Source of the DNA: an uncultured Candidatus Saccharibacteria bacterium
GTDB taxonomy: Bacteria; Patescibacteriota; Minisyncoccia; Phycocordibacterales; PALSA-1337
Length of the DNA stretch: 64,000 nucleotides
Assembly: GCA_964406895.1 (NCBI GenBank)
Contig: CAYOTK010000002.1
Coordinates: forward strand, 6,004-70,003
Reading direction: 5' to 3'
Position numbers and translations under genes: made by a program. The notes under the pieces were generated by a model. It had not been told where the DNA came from. It did no database searches and was given only the letters and a program-made list of their open reading frames with translations. Position 1 is the stretch's first letter. Every line of letters starts with the position of its first letter. Below are positions 38,703 through 49,575 of the stretch, piece by piece.

Positions 38703-40089
38703 TGATTATGAGACGAGAAAAGCGATGGCAAAAACGCTTAAGGGTTTTTGTATTGTCTACTTGCCACACTATCTGACTATCGCCCCTGCTGATTTCCACG
38801 ATGAGCTTCTCACAACACTAGGTGATCACAAACAAAAGATGATCGAGGTCTTGGGATTTAGAGGAAGTGCAAAATCAACCTTCGGGTCCCTTGCTCTGCC
38901 ATTATGGGCTGCACTTGAGCATCCTAACTTATATCCATTCATCATTCCGATTGCTGATACAGGACTTCAGTCTGCCATAAACATCGCAAACATAAAAGAA
39001 GAACTTGAGAATAATCTGCTTATCATGCAGGACTACGGAAAGATCACTGGAAAATTCGGTGAAGATTTCAGTCTTGAGAGTGAGGAAGAGTGGCAAGCGA
39101 AGAACATGCTTCTTTCAAATGGAGTACGCATACTTGCGCGCTCAAGAGGCCAGAAAGTAAGAGGACTTAGACATCGTCAGGACAGACCAAGTCTTGTGAT
39201 TATTGATGATCCAGAAGATTTAGAGTGGGTTCGTACCAAAGAGAATAGAGATAAAACAGAAAGATGGCTTAGAGGAGAAGTAATTCCCGCGATCGATGAA
39301 GCAAAAGGAAGATTAGTTGTCATTGGAAATCAGCTTCATACAGATGCACTCATGGCTAGACTTGCAAAATACAAAGCCTTCAAACACCTAGAGTATTCAC
39401 TTGTAAAAAATGGGAAAACAACATGGGAAGCAAAGTATCCTACAAAACAAAATCTTGATGATCAGCGTGATAAAGTTGGGGCGACTGCTTGGCAGCGAGA
39501 ATATCTACTGAAAATTGTTCCCGAGGAAGGAGCTGACATCAAAGAGGAATGGATACACTACTACGATGTCGAACCACCAGAGATTCAAACAGGATTATCA
39601 GGAACCGGTGTCGACCTAGCAATCAGCAAGAAAGAAACTGCTGACTGCACATCAATGGTTTCAGGCACTTCGTTTGTAAAGGACGGCATACCAAAAATCT
39701 ATATCAAGCCAAACCCTATCAATGCCCGACTCTCATTCTATGAGACGATTGAGACAACTAAAGCGATGGCAACTGCAAATCCATTTTCAATCTTCTTCGT
39801 AGAAAATGTTGCATATCAGAAAGCGGCAATAGAGGAAATGGAACGTGCACTCTTGCCAGTGATTGCAATGATGGCTGGAGGTGACAAGAGGGCTCGTCTT
39901 CGTGCGGTTGCCGTTTACATTCAAAATGGAACAGTAGTATTTCCTCGCTTTGGTTGTGAAGATCTTATTATTCAACTTCTTGGATTCGGAATTGAAGAAC
40001 ACGACGACCTCGTCGATGCGCTCGTGTATCTCATTCTCGGTTTAGTACAGCAGGGAATGCAGAATCCTGAAGTAATCGGACTTATATGA
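38644..40089 (+). CDS. terminase large subunit
   Basis: ATPase motifs GFRGSAKST / VIIDDPED and a C-terminal nuclease-like region; sits before the portal. Confidence 0.65.
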   Translation: MQSMQNLPQHSWFETNHLYDDYETRKAMAKTLKGFCIVYLPHYLTIAPADFHDELLTTLGDHKQKMIEVLGFRGSAKSTFGSLALPLWAALEHPNLYPFIIPIADTGLQSAINIANIKEELENNLLIMQDYGKITGKFGEDFSLESEEEWQAKNMLLSNGVRILARSRGQKVRGLRHRQDRPSLVIIDDPEDLEWVRTKENRDKTERWLRGEVIPAIDEAKGRLVVIGNQLHTDALMARLAKYKAFKHLEYSLVKNGKTTWEAKYPTKQNLDDQRDKVGATAWQREYLLKIVPEEGADIKEEWIHYYDVEPPEIQTGLSGTGVDLAISKKETADCTSMVSGTSFVKDGIPKIYIKPNPINARLSFYETIETTKAMATANPFSIFFVENVAYQKAAIEEMERALLPVIAMMAGGDKRARLRAVAVYIQNGTVVFPRFGCEDLIIQLLGFGIEEHDDLVDALVYLILGLVQQGMQNPEVIGLI

Positions 40090-40268
40090 TACCCACCAGA
40101 ATATTAAAAGAGTTAACAAAAGAATGGCAGGATATCATGGAGCTTGCAGATAAAATTCCGCATGGGCAGATTGTGCTTCGAGTAAATGAAAAGAAAATAA
40201 CGTTGATAGAATATACGGTCCAAAAGAAACCAACAGATCCGAATGATTTTGAGGTAAGAGGGCTGTAA
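40086..40268 (+). CDS. phage hypothetical small protein
   Basis: 60-aa ORF with stop/start overlap to terminase. Confidence 0.2.
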   Translation: MIPTRILKELTKEWQDIMELADKIPHGQIVLRVNEKKITLIEYTVQKKPTDPNDFEVRGL

Positions 40269-41039
40269 TTGTGTACAACTATATTGTTGACTTCTAAAAT
40301 ATGCTATAATAGCGACAGTATTCTTATCTCTTCGGAGTACGATAGTGAAAAGAAGGGGGTCAGCATTCGAACAAAATGCTTTTGAAATATTTAGTGGTAA
40401 GCATTTTGGGGAAGGAAACTTCTCCAAGGTCAAACTTGAGGGTTAACTCCCAGAGTGCTGACCACTGAATAATTCCTAAGCACAAGTCCGAGGTGGTTTA
40501 TAAGATTAATTTGGCGGGAAATATAGTCTGAACTTCGACCAACGGAATCATCAGCCGTGACGACCTACACCTCAGTAGGTAAAGGCATTATATAGATGGT
40601 TAATTTTAACGAGCATGTCAGAAAGACAATCTAGGCTCGCCGGACGTGATAAGTATGGCCAATTTGAATCAGTCAAAGAGGCTAAAGAGAAGAAAAGTTC
40701 TACTGTAGAGCATCTTCCTCTTCCAGGTTACGGCGACGCAAAAAAAGACAAATAATATTTGTCGTAGGGAAAATGAAAACCGCCCCTGCAAAGCAAGAAC
40801 GGTTTTCGATCAAATGTAAGTAATCTTACAAGCAAGACATCCTAGGAGGGATGTTTTGCTTTATAATTATAACTCGCGATAGAAAGATACCCTAACAAAA
40901 AATGGGGAAAAGTCAATAAAACCGTGATACTGTCGATTTATCCACACCCTATCTGGTGTTTGTGTCTGGGGACCGCTATACTTTTATAGTACCTTTCACA
41001 ATTTTTTAGTTTGTATAGTCTGACTGGATACCCCAGAGG

Positions 41040-41097
41040 GCTTGTGATGTAAGTCTTTTTCTCACGAAGAAGGTTTGCACCACAAGCCCTCTTTTTT
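41040..41097 (+). terminator. rho-independent terminator upstream of portal gene
   Basis: agggcttgtg ... cacaagccct followed by cttttttatt. Confidence 0.5.
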
Positions 41098-41103
41098 ATT
41101 TAC

Positions 41104-43299
41104 ATGAATATTTTCGATAAAACATTAAACCTCATAGGACTTGAACGCAAAGGATTAAATCTCCCACTTGCTTCTGGTCTTTCAAACGATGATCCGTTCA
41201 CTCTTTGGAGTCGCTCAAGGAAAGTCTCGATTGATAAAGCCATGGGTACATACAATGCATGGACCTATGCTGCCATTCGTGCAATCGCAGAGGAACTTGC
41301 AAAAATATCATTCCGACTTTTTCAGGTTAATAAAGACGGTGTGCATGAGGAAATATTTGATCATGAACTTCTTGACTTACTTGATGGAGTTAATCCTTTT
41401 CAAACTGGATATGAACTTCGATATCTCACTGGCGCACACCTAGAACTAACTGGAAATTCATATTGGCTTCTTGATGGTGTTGAAAAAGATACTGATAAGC
41501 CAAAAGCAATATTTCTTTTGAATCCTCGGTACACTAATCCTGTTCCTGCGCCTCTCCCAGAATTTATCAAAGGATACAGCTACTCAATCGATGGAAAAAC
41601 AGTCACCTACAAACCTGCACAGATTCTTCATCTCAAATATCCCGATCCTAATGATCCATATCAAGGTGTGGGTACGGTACAGGCAATACTAGATTGGATT
41701 GAGTCAGACAATTTTGCATCGGAAGTAAATCTTAACTACTTCAAGAATGGCGCACGTCTCGGTGGACTCTTAAGTTCTGACAATGCAATAACTGATGCAC
41801 AAATGAAGGTACTTCGCGCCTCATTTGAAAATCTGTACAAAGGTGCAGGCAATGCATATCGAGTGGCAGTACTTCCAAAAGGAGTGAAATATGATGAAGC
41901 ATCAAGTAACCCAAAGGATATGGATTTTGCCAATCTTCAACAGGTCATGCGAGACAAAATACTTGCAGGCTTTCGTGTACCAAAAACAATTCTTGGTGGA
42001 TCAGAATCAGAAACTAATAGAGCTACAGCTGAAACCTCAAATTATGTTTTTGCTGCTCGAACAATCAAACCAAAGATGGAAATGATCGTACAACAGCTAA
42101 ATGAATTCCTTGTACCTCGATACGGTGACAATTTGTACCTAGATTTTGTAGATCCGGTCCCTGAAGACAGACTCCAAAAGACTGAGGAGATGAAAGCTGC
42201 TCTTGCAGGACAGCCTGTAATGAGTGTTAACGAAGCTCGAGAAGAATATTTCGGTCTTGATGGAATTGATAATGGGGAAAGTGTGATGACTGATTTTTCA
42301 AAGGTTGCCCTTGGTAAGCCGAAGCCGAAGTCAGTCACCCGCACTGGTAGAAAAACAAGCACGGCAGACAAGAAACCTTCGACTCGGGGTGCAAAGAATA
42401 CAAAAGCACGAAAAGTTATGTCTGAAGAAATTGCAAAACGAGTGGCTGATTCCATTGATGCAAGTAAAAAGCAATTTGAAGAAGTAAAGCAGAAAGCTCG
42501 CAAGGATTTATCAAATCTATCTCACGCTGAATATGAAGTTCTTTATAAAGGTTTTGTTCTTCGAGTTACTCGCTATGAGAATTTAATGATCGAGGGGATC
42601 AAGAAGTTTAACAATGATCAGAAAGCAGTGGTTATCGCAAATCTAAACAGATTCTTTGATAAGAAGGGCTGGAAAATAGTTGCGGAGGATATATTTAATC
42701 GTGAGACGTGGGTAGGTGCAATGATTGATCTCTCCAATCCAATACTAACAGATCTATATACAAATGAAGGAGCTGAAGCAATGCAACTTCTTGGTTCAAG
42801 CGGTTTCAGGCTCACATCTGAAGTACGTCTCGCTCTTGAACGTGCAATGAGACTTCTCTCAGAAAGCTACAACGATACAACAATGGGACTTTTGGAAGAT
42901 GGAATTGAGGAAGGTTTGGCCGAAGGTGCGTCACTTCCTGATCTTACAAACAAAATCTCAAACATTTATGCATTCAGCGACGAAGTTCGTGCTGCTCAAG
43001 TTGCCCGCACAGAAACATTCAGAATAGCCAACGACTCCACGAAAGAAGCGTGGAAACAAACTGGAGTTGTAAAGACCATCAAGTGGTACACAGCAGCTGA
43101 TGAGATGGTCTGCCCGTGGTGCGAGAACATGAACGGCAAGGTGATCAGTATAGATGACAATTTTTATAACAAAGGTGATACCCACACAGGCGCTGACGGA
43201 TCACAGCTTGATATTTCATACAGCGATGTTGGATCTCCGCCACTCCATGTGAGCTGCAGGTGCTACACGAGGCCTGAGGAAATAAGTATTGATGGGTAA
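41104..43299 (+). CDS. portal protein fused to MuF-like head morphogenesis domain
   Basis: 731 aa; position after terminase; C-terminal region with CPWC...C.C zinc motif typical of MuF/gp7 family. Confidence 0.55.
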   Translation: MNIFDKTLNLIGLERKGLNLPLASGLSNDDPFTLWSRSRKVSIDKAMGTYNAWTYAAIRAIAEELAKISFRLFQVNKDGVHEEIFDHELLDLLDGVNPFQTGYELRYLTGAHLELTGNSYWLLDGVEKDTDKPKAIFLLNPRYTNPVPAPLPEFIKGYSYSIDGKTVTYKPAQILHLKYPDPNDPYQGVGTVQAILDWIESDNFASEVNLNYFKNGARLGGLLSSDNAITDAQMKVLRASFENLYKGAGNAYRVAVLPKGVKYDEASSNPKDMDFANLQQVMRDKILAGFRVPKTILGGSESETNRATAETSNYVFAARTIKPKMEMIVQQLNEFLVPRYGDNLYLDFVDPVPEDRLQKTEEMKAALAGQPVMSVNEAREEYFGLDGIDNGESVMTDFSKVALGKPKPKSVTRTGRKTSTADKKPSTRGAKNTKARKVMSEEIAKRVADSIDASKKQFEEVKQKARKDLSNLSHAEYEVLYKGFVLRVTRYENLMIEGIKKFNNDQKAVVIANLNRFFDKKGWKIVAEDIFNRETWVGAMIDLSNPILTDLYTNEGAEAMQLLGSSGFRLTSEVRLALERAMRLLSESYNDTTMGLLEDGIEEGLAEGASLPDLTNKISNIYAFSDEVRAAQVARTETFRIANDSTKEAWKQTGVVKTIKWYTAADEMVCPWCENMNGKVISIDDNFYNKGDTHTGADGSQLDISYSDVGSPPLHVSCRCYTRPEEISIDG

Positions 43300-43320
43300 T
43301 TAATAAAAATAAATAAAATT

Positions 43321-44433
43321 ATGAAAAAAGAAGCAACATTTCAAAAAATAAATAACGAAATTCTCGAGAAGGTCTCATTGGCATTAGCCACAAAGGAATT
43401 TAAAGATGCGATCGAGAAGACTAAGGCGGCAACCGACTCAGGAACATTCGAAGTCATCATCTCCACAGCTGATGAAGATCGCCAGGGCGAGGTTATCAAC
43501 CAAAGCGGATGGGATTTCACGAACTACAAAAATAATCCTGTCGTTCTATGGGGTCACAACTATTATGAACTTCCAATCGGAATAACTGATGAGATTTTTA
43601 CTAACGATAAGGGTCAGACGATTGCAAAAGGACGATTCGCTCCCGAAGAGGCCAATCCTTTTGCACAGCAAGTGCGCAGACTTTATGATGCGAAGATCGT
43701 AAAGACAACTTCGGTTGGATTCATTGCTCGGGAAATGGAAGGCAATGTGATTACAAAAGCAGAATTGCTTGAGTTCTCATTCGTTCCGGTCCCTGCAAAC
43801 CCTATGGCTCTCTCTCTTGCAAAGGAATTGAACCTAAATACAACAGAGCTCATTACAAAAGGACTCTTTGTAAAAGCAGAACCGCAGGAAGGTGATCCGT
43901 GTACAACGGACGACGACAAGGAAGGCACGATGCTTCCTGATGGTTCGGGGGCATTAGTCTGCACGATAAAGGAGGAGGCGAAAGCTGAGGCTCCCGGAGA
44001 TTCGGGTGCGGAAGCAGATACTGAGCTTGTTCAGAAAGTCGGTGCTGAACTTGCAACGATACAGTCCGAAACCGACAGTTCAATCATTGCGCACTCGAAG
44101 GCGATCATCGAACTCATTAATTCAGAGGAAGATTCCGATGAGAATGAAAAGACAGCACGAGTGCGACAACTGATGAGTCGCACAAAAATCAAAATAGCCA
44201 TCAATGGCATGAAAGCCACAATCGCCGCCTTAGAGGAACTCCTCGAGGGTGCCGAAGGGAAGGAACATCTCGATGGAGATGCCCTGAAGAAAAGGTCGAA
44301 TGCCGCAGGGTCGGAAGTCATCGAGGCTTTAAAGAGCTTCAATGCAAACCGCCAGGTCTTGCGGATGATCAACAACATTACGAGCGAAGCGTTGAGAAAA
44401 ATCAACGATAACACCGCTCGTGACACAAAATAG
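43321..44433 (+). CDS. prohead protease (HK97 family) with C-terminal scaffold-like coiled-coil
   Basis: N-terminal similarity pattern of HK97 prohead proteases (FEVIISTADEDRQGEVI...WGHN) and an E/A-rich C-terminus. Confidence 0.55.
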   Translation: MKKEATFQKINNEILEKVSLALATKEFKDAIEKTKAATDSGTFEVIISTADEDRQGEVINQSGWDFTNYKNNPVVLWGHNYYELPIGITDEIFTNDKGQTIAKGRFAPEEANPFAQQVRRLYDAKIVKTTSVGFIAREMEGNVITKAELLEFSFVPVPANPMALSLAKELNLNTTELITKGLFVKAEPQEGDPCTTDDDKEGTMLPDGSGALVCTIKEEAKAEAPGDSGAEADTELVQKVGAELATIQSETDSSIIAHSKAIIELINSEEDSDENEKTARVRQLMSRTKIKIAINGMKATIAALEELLEGAEGKEHLDGDALKKRSNAAGSEVIEALKSFNANRQVLRMINNITSEALRKINDNTARDTK

Positions 44434-45619
44434 TATGGATCAAAAACAATTGGAATTGATCAAGAGCCAGCTTCAGACCGCCGTTGAGGAGGTCATGGAG
44501 AAGCGTCTCGGCGAAGCTGTGTCGCCTCTCGTTGCCAAGGAAACTCGTGCAATCGTGGAGAAGATGCAGATGGAGCGTGCAATTTTCGGCAAGGATATGA
44601 CTGGTCTCTCAGGAGAGCAGAAGTCTCAGTTTGTCGACGTTGTCCGTGCCGCCGCAGGTCTCAAGGTCAAGGCAAATGAAGCGTTGATCTCCGAACAAGA
44701 TAACCGTGGAGGCTATCTTGTTTCCAAGGAAGTCGAAGCCGCAATTCTTAGAATCGCAGCTTCCGTCGGTCTTGTGATGAGCCAAGCTCAGAAGTGGCCT
44801 ATGGGCACTGATGAGAAGGCTATCCCAAGTTACACCGGTGCTTTTCTTGAAGGAGAATTCCTCGGCGTTGATGCAGCTGGCTCTGTTACCGGAATTACAT
44901 TCGGTGCGGCCAATCTCATCGCCAAGAAATGGCAGCTCGCTTTCGTGGTCGGAAACGACCTCTTAGTCGACGCTGACGTTCAGCTTGCGGATTGGTTGCT
45001 TGCTCTTGGTGGCGAAGCACTCGCTAACATGACAGACAAGCAGGGATTGGTTGGTACAGGAGCTCCGTTCGTCGGAGTCTTGAATCATCCTGACGTTACT
45101 GTATTTACGCTTGCATCCGGCAAAGACACCTTTGCTGAATTTGATGCAGTCATTGATACAGCTGACACAATCGCACAGGTTGAGGAATCAGTGCTTGATG
45201 GTGCTGCGTGGTATATGAACCGCACAGTCTGGGCAAAGATTCGCACACAAAAGGATACAGCGGGAGCATTTATCTTGCCTCAGGCAGGAGCTGTTTCTGC
45301 GGGTGTTCTTGCGAATAACCCAACGGGTGGAGGTATCAAGCCTATGGGAGAGCTTGGTGGCTTCCCAGTCTTTACCTCAAAGCACTTGCCTGCAAACAGC
45401 GCGACTGCCGTTTCGACGAAGTACATCGTCTTTGGAAACTTGAAGGCTCTTGCCTTCGGTGAAAAGGGCGAGATGACCGTGTCACAACACGAGTCAGGTA
45501 CCTTCGGAGGAAAGGAAATTGCGCTTGCCGATCAGAGAGCACTCGTTTACAAGAAACGTGTGGCTTTGGTCGTGGCGCTGCCTGCGGCATTCGTGGTCGT
45601 GAAGACCGCAGCGTCATAG
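44420..45619 (+). CDS. major capsid protein (HK97 fold)
   Basis: 399 aa directly after the protease/scaffold; A/G/V-rich composition. Confidence 0.55.
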   Translation: MTQNSMDQKQLELIKSQLQTAVEEVMEKRLGEAVSPLVAKETRAIVEKMQMERAIFGKDMTGLSGEQKSQFVDVVRAAAGLKVKANEALISEQDNRGGYLVSKEVEAAILRIAASVGLVMSQAQKWPMGTDEKAIPSYTGAFLEGEFLGVDAAGSVTGITFGAANLIAKKWQLAFVVGNDLLVDADVQLADWLLALGGEALANMTDKQGLVGTGAPFVGVLNHPDVTVFTLASGKDTFAEFDAVIDTADTIAQVEESVLDGAAWYMNRTVWAKIRTQKDTAGAFILPQAGAVSAGVLANNPTGGGIKPMGELGGFPVFTSKHLPANSATAVSTKYIVFGNLKALAFGEKGEMTVSQHESGTFGGKEIALADQRALVYKKRVALVVALPAAFVVVKTAAS

Positions 45620-45700
45620 TTCTTTCTCTGATTTTGTTTTTGCTTTCATTCCGGAAGGTAAAAACAAATATCAGATTTTATCAATTAAGCAATATAACGT

Positions 45701-45979
45701 ATGAGCGATACAAAAAAATATACTGTCATTCGTCCGATCGGATTCAATGGGGATCGTCTTGAAAAAGGTGCGACTGTGAATCTTACGGATGAAGAAGCAG
45801 CAAACATTGGTCCCGATGTGGAGCTCGCCCACGCTCAAACCGAGCAAATTGAACCTCCAAAAGAGGAAGGGGCGAGTGAGCGTACACCTGCTCCATCTAC
45901 GGATGGAAATGGTGAGGGTTCCTTTGAAAAGGAGCCAGGTCAAGCGACCGACCCTGCCAATGAGAGTCACCAGGATTAG
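45701..45979 (+). CDS. phage hypothetical protein (head module)
   Basis: 92-aa ORF. Confidence 0.25.
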   Translation: MSDTKKYTVIRPIGFNGDRLEKGATVNLTDEEAANIGPDVELAHAQTEQIEPPKEEGASERTPAPSTDGNGEGSFEKEPGQATDPANESHQD

Positions 45980-46049
45980 TAACGTAACTCTTTTCGAGAA
46001 ATCGTTTTCTTGTTGAGACGGAATCGTCCGATTCTAACTCAAGTCGAAC

Positions 46050-46511
46050 TTGAAAGGGCTGACAAGCCAAAAGAGAAACATCACAACTATGCGTTCAGTA
46101 TACGATGCGATCAAAGTAGTGAAAGGAATAGATCCGATTGCGCAAGCAGCTGCGGAAAAACTTTCCGCTGCGATCGATACGCTTGGTTACAACAGTGCGC
46201 TCATTGAAGTGAATTGCGGTGCGGCAACAGGTACACCGGATTCATATTCAGTAGCGTGCAAGGTTACGGAATGTGCCACTTCAGGCGGTTCCTATGCCGA
46301 TATAAGCGGAGCGACAGCTACGCTTGCGGCTGACGGAAAGCATGCCCAGATTCGAGTCGAAGGACTCGGTACATCTCGCTTGCGATACCTGAAGATCAGT
46401 TTGACTCCTGCATTTGTTAATGGTACATCACCGAAGGCACTTATCGGAGCGACTGCTCTCCTCGGACGTGCGTTCAAGGAGCCAGTGGACAACAGCGCAA
46501 CCGCTGCTTAA
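46050..46511 (+). CDS. phage head-associated protein (possible decoration/Ig-like)
   Basis: 153 aa, Ala/Gly/Thr-rich. Confidence 0.25.
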   Translation: MKGLTSQKRNITTMRSVYDAIKVVKGIDPIAQAAAEKLSAAIDTLGYNSALIEVNCGAATGTPDSYSVACKVTECATSGGSYADISGATATLAADGKHAQIRVEGLGTSRLRYLKISLTPAFVNGTSPKALIGATALLGRAFKEPVDNSATAA

Positions 46512-46574
46512 GTTCCAGCCACTTTCTCTCACGCAGGTGGGAGAAAGAAGCGGGGATTTAACCCGAAATATTAT

Positions 46575-47198
46575 ATGGCAGAAGCATTACTTTCATATGC
46601 ACTTACAACCGTAGCTCGAGTAAAAACTCGACTCACTATCACCGTGTCTACTCATGACACGATACTGTTGTATTTGATTAATAGTGTGACTGACTTCATT
46701 GAAGGCGAATGCAATCGCCATTTCAAAGTAGCTGTTTGTACCAATGAACTGTATTCAATACCGTCTAATGGCAATGGATTTCTTGCATTGAAGCAATTTC
46801 CAGTTTCTGCCATTTCATATATTCAATTCAGAGCTGGTACAAAAAGCAATCCGAATTGGACTGATTTCATGGCAGATGATTGGGAACTTTTAGATGATGG
46901 ATCATCGGGCATCATTGAGTTCCGTGGTGGTCTTATTCATGGGACAAACAGCATTCGCGCAACATATACAGCGGGCTATAAATTTAACTTCGTCAATTAC
47001 GGAGACAATAGTACGCATACCTTACCAGCTGATCTTACCGATCTTGCAGAGCGGATGGTCGTCAAGCTCTTCAAGAGACGAGAATCGGAAGGGAAGTCGA
47101 GAGAGGACTTCAACGGCGGGTCGATCACATGGAAGGATCTTCTTAATTCAGAAGATATTGAGACAATTAATAAATATCGAAAAGTTAATTTTTTCTAA
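46575..47198 (+). CDS. head-tail connector (gp6-like)
   Basis: Position and size after the capsid module. Confidence 0.35.
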   Translation: MAEALLSYALTTVARVKTRLTITVSTHDTILLYLINSVTDFIEGECNRHFKVAVCTNELYSIPSNGNGFLALKQFPVSAISYIQFRAGTKSNPNWTDFMADDWELLDDGSSGIIEFRGGLIHGTNSIRATYTAGYKFNFVNYGDNSTHTLPADLTDLAERMVVKLFKRRESEGKSREDFNGGSITWKDLLNSEDIETINKYRKVNFF

Positions 47199-47202
47199 AC
47201 AT

Positions 47203-47589
47203 ATGGCTGGAGATTTCAGAATAGAAATACAAGGACTTAAGGAGCTAAACTTCGCTTTTAGGAATTACCCAAAAATTTCCGAACCAATATTCCAGAAAGC
47301 GGTAATGGCAACAGGTGCCATCTTTGCGAAAAATACTTTGAAGGATAATCCAGTCCCATGGAGAACAGGAAATCTCTTGCAGTCGTTCAGATATAAAACA
47401 GGAAGGCTTCAAGCTGCATGGTACCCAACAGCTCACTATGCAATATTCGTTCACGACGGTACGAAATATATAAAAGCCAATCCCTTCATGCTGAAGATCA
47501 TAAAGAAAGCGGAGCCTGAGATTAATAAAATATTTAGGGAAGCCCAAGACATGGTGAATAAACAGATCGCAAATCAAACACGACTATGA
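47203..47589 (+). CDS. HK97 gp10-like head-tail adaptor
   Basis: Starts MAGDFRIEIQGLKELNFAFRN...; the longer ORF 46894.. overlaps the connector in another frame and is probably an artefact. Confidence 0.35.
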   Translation: MAGDFRIEIQGLKELNFAFRNYPKISEPIFQKAVMATGAIFAKNTLKDNPVPWRTGNLLQSFRYKTGRLQAAWYPTAHYAIFVHDGTKYIKANPFMLKIIKKAEPEINKIFREAQDMVNKQIANQTRL

Positions 47590-48023
47590 CAGCAATCGTA
47601 ACAACAATAAAAAATGCAGTTAAGGTAAAACTCGATTCCCTCGTACCAATAACTCTTGGTCAGGTCATTGTCGATGATTTCAAGCAGGATGGATTTGCAT
47701 ACAAAGACATAGGTACTTTTCCTGCTGCAGTACTTGCTTCTCCTTCACTTGAAGGGGTTGCTGAAACCAATCGCGATAATCTTCGTACTCACAATTTTAC
47801 AATCGGAATTATCCAAAAAGGTGAGAATGTGGTCTCTGCAAATGATATCGAGGAGCTTATGGAAAAAATAATAAACACTTTTGATGAAGACCCGACACTT
47901 GGTGGTGCAGCAAACGGTGGATGTTACCCCTCCTCTTCAACACCAGAAGCAATATCGTCGGTCGACGGTAGCTTCGTGGTCTTTACGGTCACACTGAAGG
48001 CTAGAGCAATTAAAAGTATTTAA
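47586..48023 (+). CDS. tail completion/terminator-like protein
   Basis: Position. Confidence 0.3.
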   Translation: MTAIVTTIKNAVKVKLDSLVPITLGQVIVDDFKQDGFAYKDIGTFPAAVLASPSLEGVAETNRDNLRTHNFTIGIIQKGENVVSANDIEELMEKIINTFDEDPTLGGAANGGCYPSSSTPEAISSVDGSFVVFTVTLKARAIKSI

Positions 48024-48031
48024 AAAAAATT

Positions 48032-48232
48032 ATGCAAAAAATATCAAAAAACAAAATGATAGATGGAGAAGGAGTTAAGGATAAGGCACTCGAGGAATAT
48101 TTCTTTTCAGGAGGACTCGAATATGAGCCACAAACCATATCAGCTGAAAACGAAGCAGAAGCAGAAAAGATATGGATAGAAACGAGAAAGAAAGTCGATA
48201 AATCATTAGAAACCAATAATATAAATCAATAA
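48032..48232 (+). CDS. phage hypothetical small protein
   Basis: 66-aa ORF. Confidence 0.2.
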   Translation: MQKISKNKMIDGEGVKDKALEEYFFSGGLEYEPQTISAENEAEAEKIWIETRKKVDKSLETNNINQ

Positions 48233-48233
48233 C

Positions 48234-49223
48234 ATGTCAAAAGGAATAGGAAGATTAATACAGTTTGGAATAGCAAAAGAAACGGTCCGTGGTACACCCG
48301 AAACCACCGCAACATATTGGATACCGTTTTCTGAATTTGATCTCAATGAGAAATTTACTCTCATAAACGACGAACAGTCGAGAGGGATTATTGAAGACAC
48401 AGTCGGTCAGAGTAAGGTAAAGGAATGGAGTGAGGGATCAGTCAAAGCTCCAATTGGAGATAAGCATTTTGCTCTTATATTGAATGCTATTCTCGGCTCA
48501 CTCTCTACAGGTGCAAATACTGACCCATCGGGAACAGTTAAGGATCACACAATCACAGTAGCCCAAAGCTCGCAACATCAAGCACTTTCGCTTTTTGTTG
48601 ACGATCCTCTGGCTGCTCAGGACTACAAGCATGGAAACGGTGCAATCTCATCTCTTGAAATAAATTATGAACTTAATAAATATCTAGAATATGCATTGAA
48701 CCTAAAAGCCAAGAAGGGGTTGACTGCAACACTTACACCATCAGTCACAACAGAAAATAGATTTTTACCACAGCATGTAGTGTTCAAACTTGCGTCTACA
48801 TACGCAGGACTCAGCGCTGCATCAGCCATGAACATACGATCGCTTTCATTGAAAATTGAACAGAATATCGAAGACGATGATGTACTTGGAAGTGTTGCTC
48901 CTGGCGACTTCTTGAATAAGCAATTCGTAATTACTGGAACACTTGAAGCTCTCTGGCAGAACGAAACTGATTACAAACAGGCAGCATTAGCAACGACTGC
49001 CAAGGCCATGAGAATAGATCTCAAGAATACCGATGTGACGATAGGGACGGCAGCCAATCCTGAAATTCGCATTGATCTTGCAAAAGTCACCTTCAAGGAG
49101 ATAACAAGACAGGTAAAGATCAACGATCTTGTTCGTCAGACACTCTCCTTCAAAGCCACCTACAGTATCTCTGATACCCTCATGGTCTCAGCATTAGTAA
49201 CCAACCTCGTAACCTCATATTAA
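48234..49223 (+). CDS. major tail protein
   Basis: 329 aa; immediately upstream of the tail chaperone / tape-measure pair. Confidence 0.45.
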   Translation: MSKGIGRLIQFGIAKETVRGTPETTATYWIPFSEFDLNEKFTLINDEQSRGIIEDTVGQSKVKEWSEGSVKAPIGDKHFALILNAILGSLSTGANTDPSGTVKDHTITVAQSSQHQALSLFVDDPLAAQDYKHGNGAISSLEINYELNKYLEYALNLKAKKGLTATLTPSVTTENRFLPQHVVFKLASTYAGLSAASAMNIRSLSLKIEQNIEDDDVLGSVAPGDFLNKQFVITGTLEALWQNETDYKQAALATTAKAMRIDLKNTDVTIGTAANPEIRIDLAKVTFKEITRQVKINDLVRQTLSFKATYSISDTLMVSALVTNLVTSY

Positions 49224-49227
49224 TCAC

Positions 49228-49575
49228 ATGGAAAGAGAAACAATAAAAATTACAACGCCAGAAGGAAAGGAATTAGTCATCAAAACTTACATGAATGCAA
49301 AGGAGAGGAATGCTATCAAGTCGGCTTTTCTTGAAGGTATAAAAATAGACCCGAATAATATCGCCAAAAAAGAAAACGGCGAAATCTTACAGGAATGCGA
49401 TGCCTCGATAATGCTCCGAGCTGAGAAAAGGATGTTTGAGCAATTGATAGTCTCCTACGCTGGCAGTTCTGAGAATATGGGCGACCGTATCGAGCAGGCG
49501 TCTCCCAAGGAGTACGACTTTGTCGTTGATGAGTTGAATAAAATATCGACGGGAAATTTCGAGAAGGCGAAGTAA
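49228..49575 (+). CDS. tail assembly chaperone (G); a -1 frameshift at GGGAAAT (49551..49557) would extend it to 49772 (GT-like product)
   Basis: Canonical X_XXY_YYZ slippery heptamer G_GGA_AAT in the 0 frame; the -1 frame stays open to a TAA abutting the tape-measure start. Confidence 0.55.
   Translation: MERETIKITTPEGKELVIKTYMNAKERNAIKSAFLEGIKIDPNNIAKKENGEILQECDASIMLRAEKRMFEQLIVSYAGSSENMGDRIEQASPKEYDFVVDELNKISTGNFEKAK

Noticed and set aside
40113-40433. 106-aa minus-strand ORF in the terminase-portal gap
   Set aside because: It is Cys/Phe-rich, has no motif and lies antisense in a region that reads better as a structured noncoding RNA between a promoter and a terminator.
46894-47589. 231-aa ORF overlapping the connector gene
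   Set aside because: The first ~100 codons are an out-of-frame read-through of the connector gene 46575-47198. The real gene most likely starts at the ATG near 47203 (MAGDFRIEIQ...).
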